In this document: positions 20,188-30,321 of the stretch, piece after piece
Layout of the letters: every line of letters begins with the position of its first letter
How positions within the stretch are numbered: position 1 is the first letter of the stretch
Origin: Deltaproteobacteria bacterium
Lineage (GTDB): Bacteria; Myxococcota_A; Polyangia; Fen-1088
Length of the DNA: 64,000 nucleotides
Direction of reading: 5' to 3'
Assembly (NCBI GenBank): GCA_033763315.1
Contig: JANRKS010000009.1
Location: 224,001 to 288,000, forward strand
The notes under the pieces: generated by a model
Told to the model about the DNA's origin: nothing
What the model saw: the letters and a program-made list of their open reading frames with translations, nothing else
The model's database searches: none
Program-made: the position numbers and the translations under genes

Positions 20188-21717
20188 TTACGCGCTTAGG
20201 ATGGGCAAGGGCATGCTGGCGTTGGCCATGACCTGCGGCACCTGCGCCGCCTTATAGTCGGTGGAGATGAAGTCATTTCCCCAACCGGCTTTGCCGTTGT
20301 TCGGGATGCTTTGCCAATCATCTGGCGGCAGACCGTAAGACTGCAAAACGGTGGCTAAGAACTGGCTGTGCGTGAGACCCGTGTTGCCCACAACCCTGCC
20401 GTACGACTTCAGCTGACCCTTCGGGCCCATATTGCGGTAATCGATGTAGAGGCCCGTCTTGAAAGCCCCGGCGCCGCTGCCCGCTGTGAACGTGGGCCGG
20501 CTGCGTGCATCGTGGGTTTCTTGCGCGCATTCGTTTGTCCACGTGACAAAGCTGTTGTCGAGAATGGTTTGGCCAGGCTGCTCTTGCACATCAAGCTTGG
20601 CCACCAGATCCACGAACACTTCTGAGAACACATTGCGGTTCGCTTCCACCAGCAACGGTTGGCCGCTGGTGTCCCACAGGTGAGCCACCCCTTGGTGCCA
20701 ATTGGCACCATTGGACGCAAACTCGCTTTCGCGAATGCCCATCACGGCGATGCGGCTTGTGCCGCACATAAACGCGGCCGCGATGACATCGTTGAGCGCC
20801 TGGTATTTGGCCCGCCCACTCGGTTCCGCCGGTGCCTTAACGTCTTTGCAGCTGGCTGACCGTGTAACCACACGGGCACCCACGCGCATCTCCAACTCCG
20901 ACAATCGTTGCATGTGATCGTCGAGGCGCTGCTTATCTTCCTTCGAGAGGCGCCGGTTTGATTCTTTGAGGCTGCGGTAATTCGTCAAAACGCGGTCCAC
21001 GATCGGCGCTCGAGCTGGCGCCATGGGTGCCGGTGTGCCTGACACGGCGGCTGGATCAAAGATCTGCGTGAACAAGTCTTTGGCGCTGTTGTTGCCCTTG
21101 ATCTCTTGAATGGTTCCCGATCGCGTCGCGGGGTTGCTGAAGTTGTATGACAAGCCGTTCATCGGCCCGGTCAGCATGGCGCGGAGGCGAATGCCTTCCA
21201 TGCTCGTGTAGAACTTATTTGAGTAGGCCAACAGTTGATCAATCGTGGGCGTGGGCTTGCTTTGCACCGCCACGCCATCGCCACCGTTGCCGTCGTTGCG
21301 GGCGTAGTTGCCCAGGTGCCCGCCCGTGTTGTGGGCGATGTACCAAGGCACATCGAGGCCGCGAATAACATTGATCTTCGCAGCCAGCGCGGGGGTGAGC
21401 TTGCTTGAGGGCGCCCGTGCAATGTCCGACAAAACCGTGTCGCCGTTGTTGCTGGCAGGCTGCATCGTGCCCCACCGAATCGTGTGATCCGTATAGAGCG
21501 GCATCGATTGCGTTAGCCACGCGTCGTTCGGGTACATCGTCTTCTCGAACACGCCCCCGTGGTTCGAGCAGAACCAGACCAGGCGCGGCTGCCGCGCGAT
21601 CACCGCTGTGGCCGCGTAAGCCTTGACGGGCACCAAAGAGGGCAAAAACGGCAGGGTCAGCGAAAAATTGCCAGCGCCTCGCAAGATCTGGCGACGACTA
21701 ACGACGACACGTTTCAT
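20188..21717 (-). CDS. DUF1552-like Tat-signal protein
   Basis: SRRQILRG..LTLPFLPSL leader; TIDQ, LSKEDKQRLDDH, AFMCGTSRI, LDNS motifs; GGAGG RBS before ATG 21717. Confidence 0.8.
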   Translation of the reverse strand: MKRVVVSRRQILRGAGNFSLTLPFLPSLVPVKAYAATAVIARQPRLVWFCSNHGGVFEKTMYPNDAWLTQSMPLYTDHTIRWGTMQPASNNGDTVLSDIARAPSSKLTPALAAKINVIRGLDVPWYIAHNTGGHLGNYARNDGNGGDGVAVQSKPTPTIDQLLAYSNKFYTSMEGIRLRAMLTGPMNGLSYNFSNPATRSGTIQEIKGNNSAKDLFTQIFDPAAVSGTPAPMAPARAPIVDRVLTNYRSLKESNRRLSKEDKQRLDDHMQRLSELEMRVGARVVTRSASCKDVKAPAEPSGRAKYQALNDVIAAAFMCGTSRIAVMGIRESEFASNGANWHQGVAHLWDTSGQPLLVEANRNVFSEVFVDLVAKLDVQEQPGQTILDNSFVTWTNECAQETHDARSRPTFTAGSGAGAFKTGLYIDYRNMGPKGQLKSYGRVVGNTGLTHSQFLATVLQSYGLPPDDWQSIPNNGKAGWGNDFISTDYKAAQVPQVMANASMPLPILSA

Positions 21718-21780
21718 CAGGAACCTCCGGTTGCCACACGGTCCGGCGCGTAAACACACTTTTGACCGTGTACAGATAGC

Positions 21781-21821
21781 TAAACCACTTAGATAAATCT
21801 AAGTAAGTTAACCATGGTTTA
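21781..21821. promoter_or_regulatory. AT-rich palindromic operator-like element
   Basis: ACTTAGAT-AA-ATCTAAGT (21787-21804) and AACCATGGTT (21810-21819), upstream of the DUF1552-like gene. Confidence 0.55.
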
Positions 21822-21906
21822 CCCTGGAGGAAATGCTGTAATTCCCCGAGAGGGGTTATTTTTTACCCCCGCCCCCGGGAACTCTGCCTTTCGGCATACG
21901 ACGGAC

Positions 21907-22629
21907 CTACGGCATTGAGGGTCGTGCGCCGAAAATGGCGGTTCCCACGCGCACGTACGTGGCTCCCTCTTCGATCGCCACTTCCAAATCATGGCTCATG
22001 CCCATGGACAGTTCGTCCAGCTTCACATTCGCCGGCGCATTGGCACGCGCCCGTTCAGCAAGCGTCCTCAGGGCACGAAAGTGACGACGCGACGCTTCTG
22101 GGTCGGCGTCCTGTGGTGGAATCAACATCAACCCGACGCACAGGAGGCGAGGGCAATTGGCGAAGTGTTGCAACATGGATGGCAGCTCGGCCGGCGTGAC
22201 TCCCTTTTTCTGAGGTTCGAGTGCCACGTTCACCTGCACCAAACAGCGTTGTTGCCCACCCTCGGGCGTTCGACGGTTCACTTCATCCAACAACGCCGTT
22301 GAATCAAGCGAATGGATCAGCGTCGCCACGCCGCTGACGTACTTTGCCTTGTTTGCTTGCAGCGGCCCGATGAAGTGCCAGGCAGGGGAGGGCAGCGCGC
22401 CCCGTTCAGCGTCCACTTGCACCCGCTTGTCGCGTAACTCTTGTGCGTAATTTTCGCCAAAATCGATCTGTCCATCCGCCATCGCCGCCAACACATCGCC
22501 TGCAGGCATCTTCTTGCTGACGGCCACCAATTTAACGCTGCCTGGCGGTCGGCCGGCACGGCTTTCAGCCGCGGCGATGCGGTTGCGCACTTGCGCAAGG
22601 TTGAACGCGATGGTGTCTGCGCGGGTCAT
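21907..22629 (-). CDS. yggS: PLP homeostasis protein YggS
   Basis: [42 protein letters not shown]. Confidence 0.96.
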   Translation of the reverse strand: MTRADTIAFNLAQVRNRIAAAESRAGRPPGSVKLVAVSKKMPAGDVLAAMADGQIDFGENYAQELRDKRVQVDAERGALPSPAWHFIGPLQANKAKYVSGVATLIHSLDSTALLDEVNRRTPEGGQQRCLVQVNVALEPQKKGVTPAELPSMLQHFANCPRLLCVGLMLIPPQDADPEASRRHFRALRTLAERARANAPANVKLDELSMGMSHDLEVAIEEGATYVRVGTAIFGARPSMP

Positions 22630-23249
22630 TCGGCGCCTCCAAACGCGGCAGGTGGATACATCGGCAAGGCCTGTGCCGCACGGAGATCGGCCACAACCTC
22701 AGCCAACGGCAAGCCAATGACGTTGGTGATGGAGCCACGCACGTCGGTCACGAACACGGCCGCTTTGCCCTGAACCGCGTAGCCTCCGGCTTTGCCGCGC
22801 CATTCGCCACACGCCACGTAGGCCGCGGCTTCCGCGGCGTCAATCGATCTAAACGACACTTCGGTGCTGACCGCGCGTTCGATGCGTTTGCCGCCGAAGC
22901 AAATGCAATAGGCGGTTACCACTTCATGGCGCCGCCCTGACAGTGACGCAAGCATGGCTGCAGCCTCAGCCTCGTCCGCGGGCTTGCCCAAGATGGCGTC
23001 GTCCAATATCACCGTGGTGTCGGCCGCGACGATGGCTGCGGTGTCAGGGATGCCGTGTGCGGCCCGGCGTGCCTCAAGAGCCACGCACTTTTCGCGCGCC
23101 ACGCGGCGTACGTACACGCGTGCTGACTCGTTGGTGTGTGGCGTTTCATCAATGTCCGCCGGCACAACGGCCAGCCGCAGGCCCAAGCGTTCCAGCAACT
23201 CCCGGCGTCGCGGTGAGGCCGACGCCAAAACGAGATCCACAGCGTTCAC
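22626..23249 (-). CDS. maf: Maf/YhdE nucleoside triphosphate pyrophosphatase
   Basis: [34 protein letters not shown]. Confidence 0.95.
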   Translation of the reverse strand: MNAVDLVLASASPRRRELLERLGLRLAVVPADIDETPHTNESARVYVRRVAREKCVALEARRAAHGIPDTAAIVAADTTVILDDAILGKPADEAEAAAMLASLSGRRHEVVTAYCICFGGKRIERAVSTEVSFRSIDAAEAAAYVACGEWRGKAGGYAVQGKAAVFVTDVRGSITNVIGLPLAEVVADLRAAQALPMYPPAAFGGAE

Positions 23250-23268
23250 ATTGCGTCTTTAGCAGCGA

Positions 23269-24291
23269 TTGGCGGCACAAGACAGACAGTTCGATTTGGC
23301 CCGCACATTCGATGCGCGTCGATTTTGCGCAACTTTGCGGAACGGGCGCCGAGAACTTGGCATGACGGTGCAACAGTCCTCGTGGCCCGGCGTGATTGGG
23401 ATGGTGGCCCTTTGTCTTTGTGCCTGCGTTCCCGATGCCGAGCTCACGGATGAACGTGGTGATAACACGGCCGCCACTCCGTTTCCGCCGCCGCCCGGCG
23501 GCGCGGCGCAGATCGCGGGGAAACCGGCCCCCGACGACGGCATGCCACCGCATATCCAGCAGCTGGTGGTCGAGCCGGGCGCTTGTGTGCACGTGGCGGT
23601 GCTGCCCAACAAAGCCGCGAAGGCCCATTTGCGCTTCACCAGCGGCTCACAAACCCAGATGGTGGAGGCCGAGCTGCGGTCGGATGGATGGCTTGAAGCG
23701 TTCACCCCTTTAGAAACCTTCACCCCGCAAACAGAGGGCGGCGTCGCCGCCTTGCTTGAGGACGCGCAGGGGCGAACGGCTGTGTCGGGCCCGCAGACCT
23801 TCATCTCACCTCCGGCGCGTGCGCCATTGATCATCACCGAGGTCATGGCCAACCCCGCTGGCTCCGAATACACGCAAGAATATGTGGAGCTGCTCAACGC
23901 GGGCGAAGCGCCACTGTCTCTGATGGGCTTCACGATTGAAGATGCAAGTGCGGCCGACGTGTTGCCTTCGGTCGTTCTGGCGCCGCATGCGTATGCCCTC
24001 TTGGTGGCGGACGCCTTCGATGAAACTGGTGGCGGCGATGTGGCCCCAAGCGCCGGCACTTTGATCATTCGTGTGGCTGGTCGTTTGGGCCGTGATGGTC
24101 TGACCAATGGTGGTGAAGCTGTGAGCTTGCGAGACGCAACCGGCGCTGTGGTGTCACAATTTCCCGGCTTGGTCGATATGAGTGCCACGGCCTGGAATGG
24201 GCGCAGCGCGCACCGTGTGCCGCCCACAGATCCGTGCGATCGCCCGCTGTTGTGGACCGAGCGACCGCAACCGCCTTCCCCTGGGTGGTAG
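23269..24291 (+). CDS. Lamin-tail-domain (LTD) lipoprotein
   Basis: LCLCAC lipobox (true start probably ATG 23362); IITEVMANP..EYVELLN, GLTNGGEAVSL, PSPG. Confidence 0.8.
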   Translation: MAAQDRQFDLARTFDARRFCATLRNGRRELGMTVQQSSWPGVIGMVALCLCACVPDAELTDERGDNTAATPFPPPPGGAAQIAGKPAPDDGMPPHIQQLVVEPGACVHVAVLPNKAAKAHLRFTSGSQTQMVEAELRSDGWLEAFTPLETFTPQTEGGVAALLEDAQGRTAVSGPQTFISPPARAPLIITEVMANPAGSEYTQEYVELLNAGEAPLSLMGFTIEDASAADVLPSVVLAPHAYALLVADAFDETGGGDVAPSAGTLIIRVAGRLGRDGLTNGGEAVSLRDATGAVVSQFPGLVDMSATAWNGRSAHRVPPTDPCDRPLLWTERPQPPSPGW

Positions 24292-24407
24292 CTTGTGCAC
24301 AACCCCGTGCCGGATTGGCCGTGAAGATGTTAGGACTGGGCACCACCGTTGTGTGACCCTTCTTGCCGTGGGTCATGCCGTGGGCGACAATCGCTTCCAT
24401 CCACCGC

Positions 24408-25070
24408 ATGAAAGATCCCCACGTCATCGCACGCAAAGTCGTGCCCAGTGCCGCTGCCCTGGGCCGCGTGGCCCGGGCCGAAGGCAGCGCCTCTGCGTCT
24501 GCGCCTTCAGCGAGGGCGAAAGCCGGCGGAAGTGGAACGCGCGTTCTGGGCATCGATCCGGGCACTTTGCGGTTGGGTTACGGCGTGGTTGAACATGCGG
24601 GCCCAGGTCGCCTGACTTACGTTGAATGCGGTGTGATCTCGGCGCCCGCCACAAAATCCCGTGTGGACCGGTTGGGTGTGATCGGCGAGGGGTTGGCCGA
24701 GCTCATCGCAGAACTAAAGCCCCACGTGGTGGCGATCGAAGAAGCGTTCTTCGGCAAAAACATTCAGTCCACGTTGGCGCTGGGCGAAGCGCGTGGTGTT
24801 TCGATCTTCGTGGCTTCGCAGGCGGGCTTGCCCATCGCGGGTTATGCGCCCGCCAAAGTGAAGAACACTGTCGTTGGGCATGGGCGCGCCACCAAAGAGC
24901 AGATCGCCTACGTGGTGCGGGCTTTATTGTCGTTGCGCCGGGCGCCTGAGCCCGACGCGGCTGACGCCCTCGCCATCGCCGTGTGTCACGCGCGTTCATT
25001 TGATTTCGCAAGGCGCGCCAAACAGCCAGTGGCGGCGGTCAAGCCCACCAAACAAAGGCGCACACCGTGA
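24408..25070 (+). CDS. ruvC: Holliday junction resolvase RuvC
   Basis: VLGIDPG, AIEEAF, LGEARG, GHGRATKEQ, DAADALAIA; start uncertain. Confidence 0.96.
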   Translation: MKDPHVIARKVVPSAAALGRVARAEGSASASAPSARAKAGGSGTRVLGIDPGTLRLGYGVVEHAGPGRLTYVECGVISAPATKSRVDRLGVIGEGLAELIAELKPHVVAIEEAFFGKNIQSTLALGEARGVSIFVASQAGLPIAGYAPAKVKNTVVGHGRATKEQIAYVVRALLSLRRAPEPDAADALAIAVCHARSFDFARRAKQPVAAVKPTKQRRTP

Positions 25071-25684
25071 TCGCCTTCTTGCGAGGCCACCTCATCGATC
25101 GCAACGCCGAACAGGTGATCTTGGATGTGGGTGGGGTGGGCTACTTGATCAGCGTCACGGCGCGCGCGCTGCGGTCCTTGCCCGCCGAGCGCGACAAGGA
25201 AGCGCGCCTTCACATCTACACGCACGCCTCGCAAGACAACCCGTTTCAGCTGTTTGGCTTTCCCGACGCGCAAGAGCGCCGTTTGTTCGAGACGCTGATC
25301 TCGGTGCAAGGGGTGGGGCCACGCGTGGCGATCGCGATTCTGTCGAACATCGGGCTTGCCGATCTTGTCCGCGCCGTCACTTCGAGCGACGTGCAACGCC
25401 TCACGCAGGTCAAAGGCATCGGCAAGAAGATCGCGGAACGTTTGTGCGTGGAACTACGCGATCGCATCGGCGCGGCCAGCGCTGGGGCGTCGCTGGCCAC
25501 CATTTCGGGCGGCGCGCCGTCGGGCATGCCGGCGCAAACGGGCACGGTGGGAGAAGTGCAGGGGGCTTTGTTGGCGCTTGGTTTTACGCCCTCGGAGGTG
25601 GCGCCGGTGTTGCCGAAGCTCGACGCCAGCAAGTCCACACCCGATCTCATCAAGGATGCCTTGGCGCTGTTGAGAAAAGGCTGA
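25067..25684 (+). CDS. ruvA: Holliday junction branch migration protein RuvA
   Basis: MIAFLRG, DVGGVGY, GVGPRVA, GIGKKIAERL. Confidence 0.96.
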   Translation: MIAFLRGHLIDRNAEQVILDVGGVGYLISVTARALRSLPAERDKEARLHIYTHASQDNPFQLFGFPDAQERRLFETLISVQGVGPRVAIAILSNIGLADLVRAVTSSDVQRLTQVKGIGKKIAERLCVELRDRIGAASAGASLATISGGAPSGMPAQTGTVGEVQGALLALGFTPSEVAPVLPKLDASKSTPDLIKDALALLRKG

Positions 25685-25718
25685 GGCCCGCCCATTTACC
25701 GAGTAAGGTTGTGGCACC

Positions 25719-26831
25719 ATGGCGCGCCGACGGCACGACGACGGATCAACGCAACACACGACGGATGAAGGGGCACCGGCTGCCAAACCCGCCGCGGCCC
25801 CGCGTGTGATCTCGCCTGAAAGCAACGAATCGTCGGATGTTGAAATCAAGGACGAACTGGTCCTGCGGCCGCGCACCTTCGATGATTTCATTGGCCAGCG
25901 CAAAGTGGCGGAGAACCTGCAGGTCTACGTCAAAGCCGCCAAACAACGCGCTGACGTGTTGGATCACGTCTTGTTGTCGGGCCCGCCCGGCTTGGGCAAA
26001 ACCACGTTGGCCCACGTCATCGCGCAAGAGATGGGCACCGAAGCGCGCGTGACCTCGGGACCTTCGTTGGAACGCAAGGGCGATCTGGCCGGCATCCTCA
26101 CATCGCTTGCACGGGGCGATGTGTTGTTCATCGATGAGATCCACCGCCTTTCCCCTGTGATCGAGGAAAGCCTTTATCCCGCGATGGAGGATTTCAAGAT
26201 CGAGATCGTCACGGGTACGGGCGCGGGCGCCAGTGCCATCACCGTGCCGATCGAGCGTTTCACGTTGGTGGGTGCCACCACGCGCACCGGGCAACTCACC
26301 TCGCCGCTGCTGTCGCGGTTCGGCATCGTCGAGCGCTTCAGCTACTACGGCGCCGAAGAGTTAACCGCGATCGTGAAACGCTCGGCGCACATCTTGGGCA
26401 TCGCCATCGACGACGGGGGCGCCAATGAATTGGGCCGGCGGGCGCGTGGCACGCCTCGCATCGTGAACCGTCTGCTTCACCGCGTGCGTGACTTTGCGCA
26501 GGTGCGCGGTGACGGGCACATCACGGCGGAAGCTGCCGACTATGCGCTAAACCGCCTGGAGATCGATCAGGCGGGCCTCGACGCCGGTGATCGGCGCATG
26601 CTCCACAGCATCATCGAACGCTTTGACGGTGGCCCCGTGGGTGTGGATTCGTTGGCCGCCGCGCTGGCCGAAGATCGCGACACACTTGAGTACGTGTACG
26701 AGCCCTACCTCATCCAAGAAGGGTTTCTCACGCGCACCCGCCAAGGCCGCATGGCCGGCCGGCGCGCGTATGAACACTTGGGTTTGCCGCTGCCAACGAA
26801 GCCCGGCTCACCACAGGGCTCGTTGTTTTAG
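25719..26831 (+). CDS. ruvB: Holliday junction DNA helicase RuvB
   Basis: [39 protein letters not shown]. Confidence 0.98.
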   Translation: MARRRHDDGSTQHTTDEGAPAAKPAAAPRVISPESNESSDVEIKDELVLRPRTFDDFIGQRKVAENLQVYVKAAKQRADVLDHVLLSGPPGLGKTTLAHVIAQEMGTEARVTSGPSLERKGDLAGILTSLARGDVLFIDEIHRLSPVIEESLYPAMEDFKIEIVTGTGAGASAITVPIERFTLVGATTRTGQLTSPLLSRFGIVERFSYYGAEELTAIVKRSAHILGIAIDDGGANELGRRARGTPRIVNRLLHRVRDFAQVRGDGHITAEAADYALNRLEIDQAGLDAGDRRMLHSIIERFDGGPVGVDSLAAALAEDRDTLEYVYEPYLIQEGFLTRTRQGRMAGRRAYEHLGLPLPTKPGSPQGSLF

Positions 26832-26850
26832 CGGCCGCGAACTGGAAGAC

Positions 26851-27495
26851 CTAGTTCGCCTTCGCGGCGATGACAGCCTTCACATACTCCTGAAGACAAG
26901 TTTTGTCGCCGTCAGTCAACATTGTCTTGTCGCTGAAAGGCATCTTCGCGCCGCCATCACTGCCGTCAGTGCACTTCGGTGTGTCGCCAAGCTTTGTCAG
27001 CATCATGCTCTTGGCGCTGTCGCCAGAATCGATCAGTTTGTCTGACGTGCAAACGCCCACGCCCGGTTTATCGAAGAGACGTTCGTACATGTTTGCCGTC
27101 TTGAGCTCAGGAGGAAACTTTGCACCGCTGGTCCCGTGGCATCCACTTGGGTCCCCGCACTTCACCTTGATCAGCTTCGTTTCAACCTCGCCAATCGTTG
27201 GGTAGTCACCGCAGTTTTCAACGGTCTTGCCCAAGACATCTCCGCCACTTGCACCACCCCCGCCGCTTCCCCCGCCGCTTGAGCCACCACCGCCACCGCC
27301 GCCACCGCCGCCCGCGTTTTCGCAATCGCCGGTGCAATCACCTGGTGGAATGCACGCCGCCACAGCCAACGCCGTGGCCAAGACGGCCGCACCGCATAGG
27401 CCCCACTTCGAGGCCGATGTGAGGCGGTTGGCGCAAAGGGCGCGCTCGATAGCTTTTTGCACGCGAGCGAGTTTTGGGATGCCAGGGAACTTCAT
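26851..27495 (-). CDS. Cys-rich lipoprotein with Gly linker and cytochrome c-like domain
   Basis: VAAC lipobox, poly-Gly linker, CGDPSGCH, later KMP; RBS-like GGAGG upstream. Confidence 0.6.
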   Translation of the reverse strand: MKFPGIPKLARVQKAIERALCANRLTSASKWGLCGAAVLATALAVAACIPPGDCTGDCENAGGGGGGGGGGSSGGGSGGGGASGGDVLGKTVENCGDYPTIGEVETKLIKVKCGDPSGCHGTSGAKFPPELKTANMYERLFDKPGVGVCTSDKLIDSGDSAKSMMLTKLGDTPKCTDGSDGGAKMPFSDKTMLTDGDKTCLQEYVKAVIAAKAN

Positions 27496-27657
27496 ATGGC
27501 CGTCGCCTCCGGAGGGGAAATGTGGATGCCGGGCTGTGCGGGTATCGCGGGTTTGATACTAGCCGCGCCTCAACGCCGCCGCAACGGATTTGCCAAGGCC
27601 CCCGCTGGCCGAACATCAATGTTTCTGCGCGTTTCTGTGTCGCGGAGGCCGCCGTCC

Positions 27658-28590
27658 CTATTTGGTCACACTGGCAATCGCCAAGTCGGCCGTAAACACC
27701 CGCCGCGCGGGACCCCGCATACGCACGCCCACGGGGCGCCGGCTGGCGTCACCCTCGGAGGGCTCGCTGCCCGTGTCGACGTTGATATAGAGGGTGCCGC
27801 CCAGCAGGTGAACGGGTGTTTCCTTGTTGCCTGGCAACCGACCCTCTAGATACGCGGCCACCACTGTGGCGCACGCGCCGGTGCCGCACGCCAAGGTGAT
27901 GCCGCAACCACGCTCCCACACCACCAGATCGATCTCGCTGCCGCGCACGCGGGCGAACTCGACGTTTGTGCGCTTAGGGAACAATGGCGCGTTTTCGATG
28001 CGGGGCCCGAACGTGGTGGCCAACTGACGCAAGTCCACCGCGGGATCGTCTACGAAGATCACCACGTGGGGGTTGCCCATCGAGACAGCTGTGAACACAA
28101 AATCGTTGTCTGAGATCGACATGCGGGTTCGCACCGCCACATCGCCCGGCTCGCCGCCCATCGGGATTTCCGCCCGGGTCAAACGTGGGCGCCCCATTTG
28201 CACGGCAACGGTTGCCACCTGTTGATCGTTGGCGTCTACGGCGCACTCAAGCAGGCCGGCGCCCGTGTCAATCCGAATCACCGGCTTGCGCAGATCCGCA
28301 TCGTCTTCGAAGAGCACCTTCGCCACGCAACGAATGCCATTGCCGCACATCTCCGCTTCACTGCCATCGGCGTTCAGCACGCGCATGCGCGCGTCGCCCT
28401 CAACGCCAGGCAAGATGGCCAAGATCCCATCAGCACCCACGCCGAAATGGCGATCACAAACATCGCGCACCACCTGAGGCGTTTGCAAAAGCTCTTTGGC
28501 TTCAAAAGCCGCGCGGCCGGGTCTCAGATCCACCACCACGAAATCGTTCCCCAATCCCTCGACCTTGCTGAACGGAACGGTCTTCGACAT
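27658..28590 (-). CDS. dapF: Diaminopimelate epimerase
   Basis: GLGNDF, GVGADG, EMCGNGIRC, SMGNPH, WERGCGITLACGTGAC. Confidence 0.97.
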   Translation of the reverse strand: MSKTVPFSKVEGLGNDFVVVDLRPGRAAFEAKELLQTPQVVRDVCDRHFGVGADGILAILPGVEGDARMRVLNADGSEAEMCGNGIRCVAKVLFEDDADLRKPVIRIDTGAGLLECAVDANDQQVATVAVQMGRPRLTRAEIPMGGEPGDVAVRTRMSISDNDFVFTAVSMGNPHVVIFVDDPAVDLRQLATTFGPRIENAPLFPKRTNVEFARVRGSEIDLVVWERGCGITLACGTGACATVVAAYLEGRLPGNKETPVHLLGGTLYINVDTGSEPSEGDASRRPVGVRMRGPARRVFTADLAIASVTK

Positions 28591-28725
28591 GCGCTTTCCT
28601 CAGTATGAATATCAGATGTTGGAGGGTCAGTTTTGTTACCAGCGTTGGGCAAACGCCGGCGCGTTGGCCAAACACTTAGCACTTCACCACAAACGTCAGT
28701 GAGCCAAAACACCACAGGGAGCGCC

Positions 28726-28762
28726 AAAAATAAACGGCCGGCAACCCGAAGGTGGCCGACCG
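28726..28762 (-). terminator. Intrinsic terminator after secG
   Basis: Minus strand CGGTCGGCCACC-TTCG-GGTTGCCGGCCG followed by TTTATTTTT. Confidence 0.8.
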
Positions 28763-28786
28763 TAGATTGCGACGCTGAAGGGATCG

Positions 28787-29392
28787 TTACGGTGTCGCCG
28801 GAGCGGCAGGCGCCTCCGGAGCGGCAGGCGCGGGGGCCTCCACTGGCGCCGCAGGAGCCGGCTTCTTCGCCGCCGCAGGAGCGGGCGCAGGAACAGCGGC
28901 AGGCGCTGAAGGCGCGGGCTTCGCTGATTCAGGCGCGGCTGGTGCTGATGCGCCAGGAGCTGCAGCTGGCTCGGCCGCAGGCGCGCTGGCGCCGGGCGCG
29001 GCGGGCACGCTGGCTGGTGCCGGTTCCGAAACGGGTGCCGTGCCTTTGTCTGCCGAATCGCGGGCTTTCTCAAGGTCCTTCAGGATCTTCGCCTTGGTGG
29101 CTTCTTCAGATTCCTTGGCCTTTTGTTTTTCAGCCGCCAACGCGCGCAAACGCGGTGAATCACGCTGCGTGGATAGGTAGGCCAACGCCAGTGAGTTCAG
29201 GATGAACAGCGTGGCGACGACGGCCGTGGTGCGCGACAAGAAATTGCCCGCCCCCGACCCGCCAAACACGGATTGACTGGTGGCGCCGCCAAACCCAATG
29301 CCCATGCCGCCGCCTTTTCCGGCTTGCAGCAAAACAACCAGGATGAGGAACAAGCAAACGAAGACGTGAAGAATCGTTAGGACCGTGAACAT
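28787..29392 (-). CDS. secG: Preprotein translocase subunit SecG with long Pro/Ala-rich C-terminal tail
   Basis: LILVVLLQAGKGGGMG..FGG..NFLSRTT; typical position after tpiA. Confidence 0.93.
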   Translation of the reverse strand: MFTVLTILHVFVCLFLILVVLLQAGKGGGMGIGFGGATSQSVFGGSGAGNFLSRTTAVVATLFILNSLALAYLSTQRDSPRLRALAAEKQKAKESEEATKAKILKDLEKARDSADKGTAPVSEPAPASVPAAPGASAPAAEPAAAPGASAPAAPESAKPAPSAPAAVPAPAPAAAKKPAPAAPVEAPAPAAPEAPAAPATP

Positions 29393-30159
29393 GCCTCTGT
29401 GCCCTTTTTTACCAAGTCAACGAACGAAGCCACGGTCAACGACGCGCCACCAACGAGGGCGCCATTGATTTCTGGCTCGGAAAGCAGGCTCGCCACATTG
29501 TCTGGCTTCACGCTGCCGCCGTACTGGATGCAAAATTGATTCGCTTTGCCGCCGATCAGTGTGGCGATGCGGCTGCGGATGAACGCGTGGACCTCCACCG
29601 CTTGAGCCGGCGTGGCGTTGCGGCCCGTGCCGATCGCCCACACGGGTTCGTAAGCGATCACGCATTTTTGAACGTCGGCCGCGGCAATCTCAGAGAAGGC
29701 CGCGTCCACTTGACGGCCCACCACGTCCAACGTCCTGTTGCCGTCGCGCTCGTCCAGTGTCTCGCCCACGCACACAATGGGGGTCAGCCCTTTGGCCAAG
29801 GCCGCGCGCGTTTTCTTGTTCACCATCAGATCCGTTTCGCCGAAGATCGTCCGGCGTTCAGAGTGGCCCAAGATCACGCAGGAGGCGCCGGCATCGGCGA
29901 TTTGGCCCATCGAGATTTCGCCGGTAAAAGCGCCTTTTTCTTCCCAATATCCATTTTGTGCCGCCACCTTCAGCGAGCTGCCCTTAAGCGCGCCCGTGAT
30001 GGTGGTTAGGGCAACGAAGCTTGGCGACACGCCCACATCAGCGCCGGTGATCCCCGCGACGCCGTCGCGCACGCCCGTGGCCAACGCCACAGATTCGGCC
30101 AAGCTGCCAAACAGCTTCCAGTTACCACAGAAGAAGGGTCGTACGCGGGGTGTGCTCAT
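29377..30159 (-). CDS. tpiA: Triosephosphate isomerase
   Basis: GNWK, GHSERR, AYEPVWAIGTG, YGGSVK, LVGGAS; start ATG 30159. Confidence 0.97.
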   Translation of the reverse strand: MSTPRVRPFFCGNWKLFGSLAESVALATGVRDGVAGITGADVGVSPSFVALTTITGALKGSSLKVAAQNGYWEEKGAFTGEISMGQIADAGASCVILGHSERRTIFGETDLMVNKKTRAALAKGLTPIVCVGETLDERDGNRTLDVVGRQVDAAFSEIAAADVQKCVIAYEPVWAIGTGRNATPAQAVEVHAFIRSRIATLIGGKANQFCIQYGGSVKPDNVASLLSEPEINGALVGGASLTVASFVDLVKKGTEACSRS

Positions 30160-30321
30160 GAGACAAATTTTCCTTTTCGCTCGCAACGGCGCGGGCGCAC
30201 TAAAACAAGTTCCGAACGCCTAGGTTCGGGCAAACCGGCCGATGTTTAGCGCATATTGGGGCGATGTGCTGCCCCTGTAAAGCATCTTGCGCCGCGGCCA
30301 CTGCCTCTCACCTGGGCGGGC

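Noticed and set aside
21786-21813. Possible dif site (CACTTAGATAA-ATCTAA-GTAAGTTAACC)
   Set aside because: The XerD arm matches only 7 of 11 positions and breaks the conserved TTATG core; an operator palindrome explains it better
27240-27315. (CCG/CCA)n low-complexity tract as a microsatellite or phase-variation element
   Set aside because: It encodes the in-frame poly-Gly linker of the lipoprotein, and triplet slippage would not switch frame
28591-28786. tRNA-Leu often found after secG
   Set aside because: No cloverleaf or T-loop GTTCRA; only a terminator hairpin is present
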